This document shows positions 1-12,574 of a stretch of DNA of 64,000 nt, piece by piece. Positions within the stretch are counted from its first letter, which is position 1; every line of letters begins with the position of its first letter. A program made the position numbers and the translations under genes. Source of the stretch: Chiloscyllium plagiosum (lineage: Eukaryota); contig NC_057753.1 of NCBI RefSeq assembly GCF_004010195.1, positions 4,508,900-4,572,899 on the forward strand. The letters are read 5' to 3'. The notes beneath the pieces were generated by a model. The model searched no databases. It saw only the letters and a program-made list of their open reading frames with translations, and was not told the DNA's origin.

Positions 1-264
1 CCAGCTCAGCACTGTCCCCTTGACTTGTCCTACCTGCCTATCTTCTTTTCCACCTATCCACGCCACCCTCTCCCGCCCCTGACCTATCACCTTCATCCCC
101 TCCCCCACTCACCTATTGTACTCTATTATACTTTCTCCCCCTTCCACCCTCCTCTCATTTATCTCTCCACCTTTCAGGCTCTCTGCCTGTATTCCTGATG
201 AAAGGCTTTTGCCCAAAACGTTGATTTTACTGCTCCTCGGATGCTGCCTGAACTGCTGTGCTCC
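1..264 (+). mobile_element. Penelope-like element (PLE) 3' end, family A, with degenerate hammerhead motif
   Basis: Pyrimidine-rich tail, then CTGATGA-aaggcttttgccc-AAAACGTT (195-222) and GATGCTGCCTGAACTGCTG. Reverse-complement match to the end of the RT/GIY-YIG element at 60008-61873. Confidence 0.8.
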
Positions 265-1325
265 ACGAATCCAGTATCCAAATCCCTCTGTAGCCTCTCT
301 GCCTCCTCAATGATACCTCTCCCTCTACCAACTTTGTATCATCTGCAAACTTTACCAGATTGCCCTCAGTTCCTTCATCGAGTTCATTAATGCATAAAGT
401 GAAAAGCTGTGTTCCCAACAGTGAGCTTTGTGGAACGCCACTTGTCATCCTGAGAAGGACCATTTTTATCCCCACTTTCTGCTTTCTGCCAGACAGCCAA
501 GCTTCTATCCATGCGAGCATCTTGCCTCTAACACCATTGCGCCCCTTACCTTACTCAGTAACCTCCTGGGTGGCACTTTGTCAAAGCCTGCCTTGAATTC
601 CCCGTAGATGATATACATTGGTCTAACCTGCTCATTACTCAAACAATTCTAGCAAATTTAAGTGGCATCCTCATGTCAGGACTCATGACCTCCCCATGAT
701 GAAACCATGCTGACTTTGCCCTATTTTGCCACATACTTCTTTCTCTTCCTTCAAAATGGATTCCAGTATCTTAACCATGACCGAGGTTAGACTAATCAGT
801 TTGTAATTTTCTGTCTTTTGTCTTACTTCTTTTTTAAACAGCAGTGTCACTCCTTTAGCGATTTGCCACTCCTCGGGGACCCTTCCTGATTCTAGCGATT
901 CCTGAAAGATCGCCACTAACACCTTCACTATCTCTATGGCTATGCCCCTTAGAAGTCTGGAGTGTAGTCCATCTGGTCAAGGGGATTTATTCACCTTCAG
1001 ACCATTCAGTTTTCCTCGCACCTTTTCCTTGGTGACGGCCACCATTTTCAGCTCTTCCCCCTCACCTACCTTGAATTTTTGGGATATTACTCGTGTCTTC
1101 CACTATGAAAACTGACGTTTCGTAATTATTCAGTTCCTCACCCATTTCCGTGTCCCCCAATACTATCTCTCCAGCATTATTTTCCACTGGCCCAATGACC
1201 ACTTCTGCCGGCCTTTTGCCGTTTATATAACTGAAGAAACACTTACACTCTTCCTTTCTGGCTAGCTTACCTTCATATTTAAACTTCTCCCTCCTTACTT
1301 CTTTTTCTTTGTTGCTCTCTGTTGG
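265..1325 (-). mobile_element. CR1-clade LINE ORF2 fragments (RT region)
   Basis: Minus-strand peptides SGVPQSSLLG...KFADDTK and QESLESGRVPEEW...SQHGF; frameshifted. Confidence 0.85.
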
Positions 1326-1394
1326 TAAATGACGGCCTGTTGTTTGTGACCAGCACTTCCAGGAGACCGTCCATTACAAAACATGCTCACGGTT

Positions 1395-2456
1395 TTTCTA
1401 AGTTTGCAAGACGATCATTAATATCCTTACTGGCATAAAATTCACAAAAGAGGAAGAAAACATGAACAAACTGTCCTTGCTAGATGTCACAATAGATCAA
1501 ACAGCCAATGGGGAACTTCAAATTAGAATCTACAGGAAATCAACACATATGGACCAAATACTGAACTACAGAAGCCATCATCCCAACACCCACAAACGAA
1601 GCTGCATTAGAACATTATCCCAATGAGCCAACACAAGATACAGAACAAAGAAAATACGAAGATCAGAGAAATATCGCCTACACGGCATGTTCAAAAAGAA
1701 CGGGTACCCAATGAACACAGTCTAGTGATTTCTCAGCAACAAACCCAAACAAGCACACAAAACGCATCCAGAAACCTTAGCAACTCTCTCCTACATCAAA
1801 GACATCTCAGAAATGACTGGCAGACTACTCAGACCTCTTGGCATCATGGTAGCCCACAAACCCACCAACACACTAAAACAGGAGCTAATGAACTTAAAAG
1901 GCCCTATGCAGACAACAAGCAAGATGAACGTCATTTACAAATGACCTTGTAAGAACTGCAACATACACTACATTGGACAAATAGGCAAAAGGCTAGCCAC
2001 CAGAATACAGAAACATCAGCTAGGCATAAATAGACATGACCAACTATCACTGGTGTACTTACATACAGTTGAGGAAGGACACCACTTTGATTGAGACAAC
2101 ACATCCATCCCAGAACAAGCCAAATACAGACACACAGGAGAATTCCTAGAAACGTGGCAATCCAATTGGAAGTCTATCAACAAACACATCAATTTGCATC
2201 TCATTTACCACCTTCTGAGATGCAAATGACATCACCAACACAGGAAATGACATCACCACATGAAATGACATCACTAACCCAAGGAAACTTAAACACATAT
2301 ACAGAGAGTGGGACATAACACCAACGCTTCACCAGAGGCTCACTGAAGATGTTGTCTAGTATGGAGATGATACCTCTGAAAATGAACTTTCCAGCTCAGT
2401 GGGCAAATTTATATCCAGAACCTAAACCTGAGCTACTCATCTTCTCAAAACTCGCT
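1395..2456 (+). mobile_element. PLE family B: RT C-terminus, GIY-YIG endonuclease and terminal repeat
   Basis: ATTTACAAA...CACTACATTGGACAA (IYK...YIGQ) at ~1933-1980; homologous to the ORF at 27761-28381; ends in CTGAGCTAC...CTTCTCAAAACTC; degenerate hammerhead at ~2343-2380. Confidence 0.85.
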
Positions 2457-3482
2457 GGTGGTAGGAGTACTGGAGAAACTCTCTAGCTCCAGGAATATAG
2501 CTTGTCTTTGCTAATGATATAGCTGCTTCACAGTACGGGTACTGCCTACTGTGGTTGAAAAGCCCTTGGAACATCAGGCAACTGAGCTATTACAGGAAGA
2601 AGGTCCTGACATATTTCCATTTGTGGTAACAAGGTCAGGAAATTACCAGTTGAAACAGGAGAGATCACAAATACAGACAATAAAGTTGAAATGGAATTAG
2701 CAGTGACCCTGTTTGATCAGATGGTTGAGACAAAACAGGAACAGATGCATGACAAAATGGGCATTTTTAACCCAGAGAAATTAACTGCGTTAGAGCACGT
2801 AAGTGAAAAAAACTAAAGCAATTGTATCAAAAAGCACACACAGAGGCAGAGTCTGGATGTATCCCTGAGTGCTATTACATTAAAGATGATGTCTTCATGA
2901 GGAAATGAAGATCATCACATGTTCAGGCAGAAGAGAACTGGACAGGAGTCCACCAAGTCGTATTGCCAGTGGGTTATAGAAAGGAGGTGTTGCGGGTAGA
3001 ACATGAACTACCAGTAGAAGCTCATTTGGGGGTAAGAAAAGCTCAAGCTAAAATACAAAACCATTTTTACTGGACTGGATTGCACAAGGATGCTTTTGAA
3101 TTTTGCCAGACGTGCCATACATTTCAGGTCTTTGGAAAACAGCAGGCAGTAGTACAACCCATACCTTTAGTACCCATTCATGCATTTAATTGACTGTGTA
3201 GGACCCCTACCCAAAGACGAAGTGGGAATCAATATTTGCAAACACTAACGGATGCGTCCTTCAGATGTCCATGACGCAATATCGCATGTAAAATGACAGC
3301 AGAAGAGTTACTCTATTTTTCACTATCCGGACTACCCACGGAGATAAAATCAGATCAAGGGTCAACCTTTACATCAAAATTATTCAAGGAAGTTATGGAC
3401 ATTTTAGCAGTAACAACGATCAATCCTACCGTGAACCATGCAGAATCGCAGGGAGTGGTGGTATCAGACATTAAAGACCATG

Positions 3483-3597
3483 GATGTCGGTTTGCTTGCT
3501 AAGCTGGAAGGTTCGTTTTCATGCGAACATACCTTCCAGCTCAGTGAGCAAACCCACAACCAGAACCTCATCCTGAGCTACAAATCTTCTCAAAACT
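3483..3597. mobile_element. Short fold-back PLE family-B insertion in the Gypsy integrase
   Basis: Inverted arms GGTTTGCTTGCTAAGCTGGAAGG / CCTTCCAGCTCAGTGAGCAAACC; flanked by CATTAAAGACCATG (3469-3482) and CATTGAAGACCGTG (3598-3611). Confidence 0.75.
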
Positions 3598-3968
3598 CAT
3601 TGAAGACCGTGTTAAGGGTTTGTGGTCAAGCCTATCCAGATGATTGTGATAAAGGAATTCCGTTTGTACATATTGCAATCAGAGCTGCACCAAATGAAAC
3701 GACCAGATTCATTCCATTTGAATTAGTTTTTGGACAAGATTTGAGAAGAACGCTTTAACTGATTCAAAATAGATTGGTAAGTCAGAATTCAGAGACCACA
3801 CATTTGGAGTATGTGTCAGATGTTAGGGGACTATTGAGTCGAGCGAGGCAGTTGGCTAGGTCGCATTTAAAAGTATCACAGCACACAATGAAACTGGAAG
3901 CAGAAAAGAAATCGAAACACACAATTTTGTTGTCGGAGATAAAGCATTTGTGTTAATTCCAGTGATAA

Positions 3969-4281
3969 ATTAGATTAGATTACTTACAGTGTGGAAACAG
4001 GCCCTTCAGCCCAACAAGTCCACACCACCCTGCCGAAGCGCCACCCACCCATACCCCTACATTTACCCGTTACCTAACACTACTGACAATTTAGCATGGC
4101 CAATTCACCTAACCTGCACATCTTTGGACTGTGGGAGGAAACCGGAGCACCCGGAGGAAACCCACGCAGACACGGGGAGAACGTGCAAACTCCACACAGT
4201 CAGTCGCCTGAGGCGGGAATTGAACACGGGTCTCTGGCGCTGTGAGGCAGCAGTGCTAACCACTGTGCCACCGTGCCGCCC
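3969..4281 (-). mobile_element. HE1-type tRNA-derived V-SINE, full length
   Basis: Minus-strand head GGGCGGCACGGTGGCACAGTGGTTAGCACTGC, B-box-like GTTCAATTCC, GCTAAATTG core, (TAATC)n tail. Confidence 0.9.
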
Positions 4282-5051
4282 ACGAATAAACCTTTAAAAG
4301 CAAGGTTTCGTGGACCTTATCAAGTCAAAAAGAGATTGAGTAGCAGAACAATTTGATAAGGACTCCAGACAGAAAGAAATCTCACAAAGCGTGTCATGCA
4401 AATACGCTCAAGAAGTAATTTGACAGGGTAGGAAAGCTAAAGGAGATTGAGTTACTGATTACAACACAGACTGGAGAACCAAGTTCAGAGGATTCTGAAT
4501 TGGATGGTCCTCAAATTAAACTGAACAATACGGAAGTTCTCTAAAACTGGGATAAATTATTGAGTTACATTGCAGAGGAAAATTGAAGTGACCTGAAAGA
4601 GTCAGGTCTGAATGGGGAAACATGTGGGAGTAAGCTGCGAAGTACGAAACTACTTAATCATGATGTAGATATAGGAAAAGCTGTTACAATTAAACAACAT
4701 CCTTGTAGACTTGTCACTCTAAAGTTGACCAAGGTTCAAAAAGAGATTGAACGCATGCACTTAGACTATATAACCGAAGTGAGTTACAGTAACTGGAGCT
4801 CACCCATAGTAATGGTGCCAAAGCCAGATGGTACCCAATGGTTATGTGTAGACTATTTCAAAATGAATGCAGTTACACAGTCTGATCCATATCCAATCCC
4901 ACATTTGGAAGACAGGATTGAGAAGGTGGGACAAACTTCATATATTTCTAAGTTCAACTTACTCAAAGGTCACTAGCAGGTACCTTTATCCGAAAGAGCA
5001 AAGACAATTTCGGCTTGTAATACTGAATCGAGTATTCCAATTTAAAGTTAT

Positions 5052-5347
5052 ATTAGATTAAATTACTTACAGTGTGGAAACAGGTCCTTTGGCCCAACAA
5101 GTCCACACCAATCCGCCGAAGCACAACCCACCCAGACCCAGATACATTGACCCCCTTCACCTAACACTACAGACAATTTAGCATGGCCAATTCACCTAAC
5201 TGACATATCTTTGGATTGTGAGAGGAAACCCATACAGACACGGGGAGAATGTGCAAACTTCACACAGTAAGTCACCTGAGGTGGGAATTGAACCCAGATC
5301 TCTGGCACTGTAGGCAGCAGTGCTAACCACTGTGCCACCGTGCCGCC
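5052..5347 (-). mobile_element. HE1-type SINE
   Basis: Same head, core and tail as 3969-4281; inserted in the Gypsy RT. Confidence 0.9.
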
Positions 5348-5884
5348 AACTAAAATGGCCTGCCACATTTCGAAGACTAACCAATAAAGTCATTTCTGGG
5401 TTACCCAGTCTTGTGGTATACATCAATGATCTACTGTTTTTTAGTTACACAAGGAAGTAACATTTGCAGTACTTCTCAGAACCACTTGATCGACTTCAGG
5501 AGACAGACTTGGTGATAAACCCGGCTAAGAGTGAATTTGCCAAAACCCAGGTCATGTTCCTGGGCAATGTTAACAGACATGGAAGGGTGGCCTGAAGGAA
5601 TGTGAAAACAAAGATCATTGGGGAATTTCCCATACCATACACAAAGAGAGCAATACTACGATTCCTGGGATTGAGTAGGCTCTATTGCAAATTTGTGCTA
5701 CATTTTAGCAGCTTGTTTGCTCCATTCACCAACTTATCGAAGAAGTGCAGAAACATTCAGTGTACTGAGAAATGTCAGAAGGCATTTGACAGCCTCAAAG
5801 CTTCTTACCCACTGCCCCAGTTTTAGTCACATCTAATTACACAAAGCCATTCAAGGTTAATGCGAATGATGTGAGCATCACAGG

Positions 5885-7710
5885 AGACTGAGAAGGGATT
5901 TGACAGAGACTTATAAAATTATGAGGGACACAGATTTGGCTGGAATTTTTTTTTCTCTTAGTCCAGTGATGAATGACAACAGGCATAGGTGTGAGGAAGT
6001 GACCAGGAGGCTTAAAGATGGAAAAACCGCTCACCCAAAAGGTGGTGAGAATCTGGCACACAGAGCCTGCAAGAGAAAGAAATTCTCACCACATTTAAGA
6101 AGTAGTTAGATGTGTACTTGCGATGCTAAGGCATACAATGTTATTAGGGAATTGCTAGAAATGAGATCAGCATCATTAGGTAGTTGACTAGAGTGAATAC
6201 AATGGACCAGTAGATAGCTTTATGTACTGCAAGACCAAGATAAGGAAGCAAAATCTAGCTATTCAGCCTATTGGATCGGCTTTGCCATTTTACTATGGTT
6301 GATAGGCTTCTCAACACCATTTTCCTACCTTCCATCCACAACTCTTGATCCCTTTACTAACCAAGAACCTCCCAATCTCTGCCCTAAACACACTCAATGA
6401 ATTGACCTCTAAAGCATTCTGCAGCAATGAGTTCCACTGGTTCACCGCCCTCTGGCTGAAGAAATGATGCTTTATCTTAGTAGTGTAGAGTCATCCTGTC
6501 GTTTGCTGCCGTGTCCTCAGAACCTAGTTTCACCTATTTGAGGAGACATCTTCTCGATTACCACTCTATCCAGGTGGCTCGGTTGTTACGACACAGGGTA
6601 AACCCCTCTGCCAGTTCAAACCTGACACACAGAGAAGCTCACCTTGCACTGTAACTGTTAAATTTAGAGGAGCAAAGAACTATGACAGAGGTCGCAATTT
6701 AAAGTAAAAATGAACAATTTTATGTCTTAACAACTATTTACAACTCATTTCCCTTAAATCTATGTTACCTCCCCACTCTACAATACTGCTCTGATAAAAA
6801 TAAAGACCCTGATTAAGATTTGAAAAAAAAAAGAATTTCAAAACCAACTATTAGGTCTGCTTTGTCACTTTATTATGGCTGATAGGCTCCTCAACACCGT
6901 TATCCTACCTTCTCACCATTACCCTTGATCCCCTTACTAATCGAGAACCTCCCAATCTCTGCCTCAACTGCACTCAATGACTTGGTCTCCACAGCATTCT
7001 GCAAAAATGAGTTCCCCAGGTGCAACCCCCACTGCCTGAAGAAATATCACCTTATCTCAGGATGGTAGGGTCTTAATTTCATTTGAGGTTGTGCCCTCAG
7101 GTCCCGGTTTCACATATTTGTGGAGACATCTTCTCGATAGCCGCTCTATCCAGGTGTCTCAGTATTCTGAAAAAGTCAAGGAGGTCCCCCTAATCTTTTT
7201 AAACTTCAAACTGAGAGCAAAACTCGAGCCCTCAACCACTCCTCATATGGCAAGCCCTTCTCTCCCTGGATTATTATTATGATCCTCCTCAGTACCCCCT
7301 CCAATGTCAGCACGTTATTCCTTAGAATTGAGTCCCAAAACTACTCACAATATTCCAAATGCGACCTGACCAGAGACTGAAACAGCCGAAGCAGTACATC
7401 TTTGATTTTGCACTCTAGTCCTCTCGGAGTGAATGCTAGCATTGAGTTTGCCTTTCTAACTCCTAATTGAACCAGCACATTAACGAAATGCATAATATAG
7501 CATATTCCCACATTGCATTCCATATGCCACTTCTTTGCCAAATCTATGTGACGGACCAAGTACTTCTGCAGCCTCCCCACTTCCTCAAGACTACCTGTCC
7601 CTTCACCTATCTGTGTGCCATCTGCAAACATAGCAACAGTGTCCTCAGTTCCTTTGTGCAGATTATTAATATATAATTTGAATAGTTGTGGTCCCAACAG
7701 TGATCTCTGG
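5885..7710. mobile_element. CR1/HER1 LINE 3' fragments (+ 5885-6235; - 6240-7710)
   Basis: ETYKIMRD motif on +; LLGPQLF...FADGTQ...RSHLEYC on - (7341-7715). Confidence 0.75.
6583..6850. mobile_element. Truncated LTR related to 10777-11488
   Basis: Starts TGTTACGA; shares GGTAAACCC, ATTTAAAGTAAAAAT, AACTATTTA and GATTAAGATT...TTTCAAAACC blocks with the solo LTR. Confidence 0.6.
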
Positions 7711-10440
7711 AACATAGAACATAGAACAGTGCAGCACAGTACGGGCCCTCCAGACGCCGATTTTGTGCTGACCGCTTAACATACACTACTAACCTACATT
7801 CCCTTCATTTTACTAGCATGCATGTGCCTATCCAAGAATCGCTTAAATGCCTCTAATGTATCTGACTCTACTGCCACTGCTGGCAGTGCATTCCACACAT
7901 GCGTCACTCTCTGTGTAAAGAACCAATCTCTGACATCTCCGCTAAACCTTCATCCAATCACCATAGATTTATGCTCCCTCGCGATTGCCATTTCCACCCT
8001 GGGAAATTACGTATTTCTGTCGTGTACTTCCCTGAGAATAACTGCTCCCAATTTATGCTCTACACTTCCTGCCTAATAGTACTGTAATTCCTCCTCACCC
8101 AATTAAATATTTCCCATCGTGACTGCTCATATCACTCTCCATGACTACAGTAATGGTCAGGGCGTTTCGATCATTATCACAGAAATGCTCTCCCACCAAG
8201 AGATCTGACACCTCACCTAGTTTGTTGCCAAGCACCAAATCCAATATGGTCTCCCCTGTGGTCGGCCTATCGACATATTGAGTCAGGAATCTTGCCTGGA
8301 CACAACTGACAAAGCCTTTTCTATCCAAACCATTTGCACTAAAGTGGTTCTAATCAATATTAGGGAAGTTGAAGTCACCCATTACTATAACCCCGTTACT
8401 TCTGCACCTTTCCAAAATCTGCCTCCCAATCCTCTCCTCCGTCTCTCTGTTGCTATTGGGCGGGGGAGGGGGGGGGCGAGGGTGGTCTATAGAAAACTCA
8501 CAATAAGGTGACTGCTCCTTTCCTGTTTCTGACTTGCATCCAAAATGATTCAGAAGACAAACCCTCCTTGACGACCTCTCTTTCTGCAGTTGTGATACTA
8601 TCGCTGATTAGCAAAGGCACTCCCCTACCTCTTTTACCTCCCTCATATTCCTTGTGAAGTATCTAAGCTTCGGAACATCCAACAACCATTCCTACCCCTG
8701 TAATATCCAAACGCCTGTAATGGCCACAACGTGGCAGTTTCAAGTACTGATCCATGCTGTAAGTTAATCAACCTTATTCCTGAAACCTCTTCCGTTAAAA
8801 TAGACATACTTCAACCCATCACACAGACTGCAACATTGCCCTATCAACTGTCTATCCTTCCTCAGAGACTACTGCACACTCATCTGCCTTTGCACCAGCT
8901 ATCTCATCCTCTAATCTGTAGCTGTTTCCCATCTCCTCGCCAAACTACTGTAAACACTCCAGAAGAATTCTAGCAAGCCTCCAACCCAGTATATTGTTGC
9001 CCCTCTAGTTCAGGTTCAACCCATCTTCCTTGTACGGGTCCCACCTTCCCAGAAGGTATCCCAGTGATCCACATACCTGAAGCCCGACACCATCTCTGAA
9101 GCCGACACCAGCTCTGAAGCCACGTGTTTAGCTGCACTCGCTAACTGTTCCTAATCTCAGCAGCCCGTGGCACTGGTAGCGACCCTGAGAGTGTTACTCT
9201 GCGCATCCTGTCTTTTAGCTTCCAACCTACTTCCTTAAACTCACTTTTCTGGTCCGCATCCCTTTTCCTAGCTATGTCATTGGTATCGATGTGTACATCA
9301 ACCTGTGGCTGCTCGTCCTCACCCTTAAGAAATCTGTAGACTCGATCTAAGATGTCCCTGACCCTGGCACCCAGGAGACAACATACCATCCTGGAGTCTC
9401 ATTTGTGATGATATAATCTCCTGCCTGTTCCTCTAACTTTTGAATCTACAATAAAGCCCCCCTATTCTCCCCCCCCCCCCCCCCCCCCCCCCCACTCGCC
9501 TTCTCTTCTGAGCGACAGAGCCAGACTCGTGCCATGAACCTGGCCGCTGTGGCTTTCCCCTGGAAGGTTTATCTCCCAACACTATCTAAGACAGTATACT
9601 TATCGTTGGGGGGAACGGCCACAGAGGGTCCCTGCACTAACTGCCTGTTCCCTTTCCCTCTCCTGATGGTCACCCAGCTACCTTTCATTTGTAACTTAGG
9701 TGTGACTACCTCCCTATAACCCCTCTCTGTCAGTCCTTCAGCCTCCAGCTCCAGCTCCCTCACACAGTCTGTGAGGAGCTGGGGTTGGGTGCACTTCTCG
9801 CAGGTGAAGTCATCAGGGACGCTAGTGGTGACCCTTACACCCCCACATGTAAGAGGTGCATGCAACTGCTCCAGTTTACATCCACTCTGCTCTAAATCGC
9901 CAAAAGAGATAAATAGAACACCTTACCTTACCATCCCTCCAGGTTTTTTTTTGTTTAGCAAAGTACGGGTGGGAGACATTACACGCGTAGTGTTTTGGGT
10001 TTAGCCACTGCCCGAATTTATTAGTTCATTTACCCAGCAGTCCCCATGTCTGCTTCCACTCCGGCTCAGCCTTCACTCCACTCATTCATGAGGTAAGTAT
10101 TTAATATTCAAACTTACCTTCCGGGCAGGCCCCTGCCTCACACTCATAGTAGAACTGCACAACTCTGACATCCCGAAATGAAGGAAAATTATCCCCACTC
10201 CCTTTCTTCCTGTAAGTCAAGTAAGGAAGTAAGCCAATCCTCTATCCATGCCAGTACCTTATAGGCTCGTATCATATTTGGAAGTCTCCTGTGTTGTACC
10301 TTGTCAAAGGCCTTCAAGAAACCAAGGAGTTCACCTCCACGGACACTCCCCAGTCGAATTTGTTGGTAATCTCCTTAAACAATTCTAGCAGGTTAGTAAG
10401 ACACGACTTCCACCTACTAAAGGTCTTATGACTCGATCAT
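7711..10440 (-). mobile_element. CR1 LINE pieces: 3' tail, endonuclease region, ORF1 (SGNH-esterase type), 5' UTR
   Basis: (CATAGAA)n tail at ~7712; QYVDRPT...LDLVLGN (8095-8328); ORF1 MVCCLLGARVRDI...HIDTNDI (9141-9389) and CEKC motif (9569-9865). Confidence 0.85.
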
Positions 10441-10776
10441 TCCATATATATTAATACTTCAATATCGTTTCGTGACAAAGATCACAGACACATGTTTCTC
10501 TGTTTTATTTGGTTATGAAGTGTGGGTGCCTTGTCTTGGCCAGAAATTAATGTCCATTCCGAAACACCAAGAGGGTAGTTGAAATTCAACAATGTCACGA
10601 CGTGACCATGTCTCTTGTTTACGCCTCAATTCCCTAATTGTGAACTGGAATGAGAAGACAGTAGTTTTGAAAACCAAGAATGTCTGGAAGACTGATGCAT
10701 GGTTTGAAAGCAAGTCACCTGACCCTCTCTGTAAGTGCAGTTTAAACAGTTGCTTGATTGAGCAGTGTTTAAAGTG

Positions 10777-11488
10777 TGTTTGGTAAACCCTCCTGTTTAA
10801 TTTAAACAGGAGCACAGAAAGGATTTATCCCATGCAGCAATCTGTTAAAATTCGATCTACCAAGAAATATTTAAAGTAAAAATTAACAACTTTATTTCTG
10901 ACAGTATAACAGAGAATAATTAACTAACAGCTATTTATAACTCTCTCCTCTAACTAACTTATACCTTCCCCTTCTACAATATGAATCCTATAACACCCCC
11001 CGCCCCCACGCCCCCCGATTAAGATTGACCAAAAATTCAAGTTTTCAAAACCAGCCAACTGTTGAACATTCTCTTGGGATCTTCCTGTGTCTTTTTTTCT
11101 TCTTCCTGGAGATTCTGCTTCACAGGTCACGGATCAATAAAGGTACCTTTAAGAGAACTATTTTTCGGGTATCCTCTACATGAAGGTGGCTTGAGCAGTT
11201 CTCCTTCAACTGTATAATTTTGCCTGGTCTTATATCCTCAAAGCATCAGATTGTGTCATTGGCTTTTAAGGTTGTCAATATACTCAATTCAAACTTGATT
11301 GGAGTTTGGTACTTTTCGTTGTATAATTTAAACTGATTGGCCTCATTCAAATTTGTTTTTTGTCTCCAGGCAACCAGCTCCACTAGCAGCTGGACCATTG
11401 TATCTTGTTCAGAACACTTGGTGCTGTCAGGTAGTTCTGCTAGCTTTTAACTCTCTTAAAGCTACAATACACACTCATCTGCATAATA
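10777..11488. mobile_element. Solo LTR (~712 bp) with 4-bp target duplication
   Basis: Termini TGTT.../...CATAATA (degenerate TG..CA), flanked by AGTG (10773-10776 and 11489-11492); homologous to 6583-6850. Confidence 0.65.
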
Positions 11489-11529
11489 AGTGTTTACAGA
11501 CGAACTGTAGCTGAGGGGTTCTCTATAGA

Positions 11530-11618
11530 GCTGTAAATGTGTTGCTGGGAAAGCGCAGCAGGTCAGGCAGCATCCAGGGAACAGGAGAATCGATGTTTCA
11601 GACATGAGCCCTTCTTCA
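11530..11618 (-). mobile_element. Mini PLE-derived insertion (family A) with hammerhead motif
   Basis: Reverse complement reads CTGAAGA-AGGGCTCATGTCT-GAAACATC-GATTCTCC; duplication GGGTTCTCTATAGA at 11516-11529 and 11619-11632. Confidence 0.85.
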
Positions 11619-12574
11619 GGGTTCTCTATAGATTCAGGTTTGATTGTTACAAGTAGCTGACTGGTTTTTTACAAGTAACCTGTTTTGGTGGAAAAAATCT
11701 TCTGTCTGCTAACATCTGTATAATTGGTTCCCAATAGCCGTACTTCCTGGTGCTCTGAACAAGATACAGAGAGGATACAGGTAATCCATCATCCCTCAGC
11801 AACAAAACCCACATTAAGCCTGAAGAAACCAGCTTTTTTCCCCTTCAGCACAGTAGCAGTAAGCTGTGATTTTTCACTGACCTATCAGCAATCGTTTTAG
11901 ACAATAAATGACTACCCTCTGTCTCTTGTAAACCAGTGGAAGCAGCTGGAGAAGGAAGGCAGAGAAACAGTGTTCTTATAATTACAAGAAACTTGAGAAT
12001 AATCTCATTAACACCTATGAGTAGGCATCATTGAACAGCCTTTTTCTTTTTCTGCAGGCCATAACATCCATGTTTTGTTTTAGCAGTCTGTGCCTGTATA
12101 AATCTGTTCATGCACAGCGGCGTTAAAATGAGGTTTAGAGTTTTAATAAGCAATTTTATATGTCAACGGTTTATAAGGTCTTTCTCTGCACCTAGAGACG
12201 AATCACTTCTACTAAATAGTAACGATTGTTCAGTAGCAAAGCCTAGTTTGCACTTTCCGACAATCTAAATTTGCAACAGGGATAAACGGGGCAATTTTCG
12301 CTAACTTTTTTAAAAAATCAACGGCTTTTGTGATGTTTGTGGGCATAGTGTTCATTGATTTCCAGCACGCTACCTCACTGGCATAAACTGAATGAGGTTT
12401 TAGAACAGTCAACAATGATTACACGGTCACCATTCGGCCAGATTTGAAATTTTATTATTTTGCTGAATTCAAATTTCACTGCACAGGAATTGAACTTATT
12501 GCTCCTTTAGGTTAAGCTAAAAATCTGAACTATATTCCCATTGATGTCACAACTAACCCGCCGCCATGTTAAGA

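Larger units (their letters stand above)
2460..5880 (+). mobile_element. Decayed Gypsy LTR retrotransposon pol, Gmr1-like order (integrase, RT, RNase H)
   Basis: Integrase Zn finger HELPVEAHLG...CQTC (2963-3193), SDQGS core, GPY-like motif ~4310, then RT WSSPIVMVPKPDG..CVDY (4725-4976) and FLGL..Y (5602-5826); many stops and three nested insertions. Confidence 0.85.

Noticed and set aside
2221..2275. Three AAATGACATCAC repeats as a CRISPR-like array
   Set aside because: 12-bp units with 5-8-nt spacers inside a PLE 3' region of a eukaryote; no cas genes.
3989..4297. Recurrent ORFs such as WKQALQPNKST...HPEETHADTGRTCKLH (also 20877, 33390)
   Set aside because: Antisense translations of the HE1 SINE, not genes.
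9469..9493. Poly-C run (also poly-G near 63032)
   Set aside because: Simple homopolymers with no supporting context.
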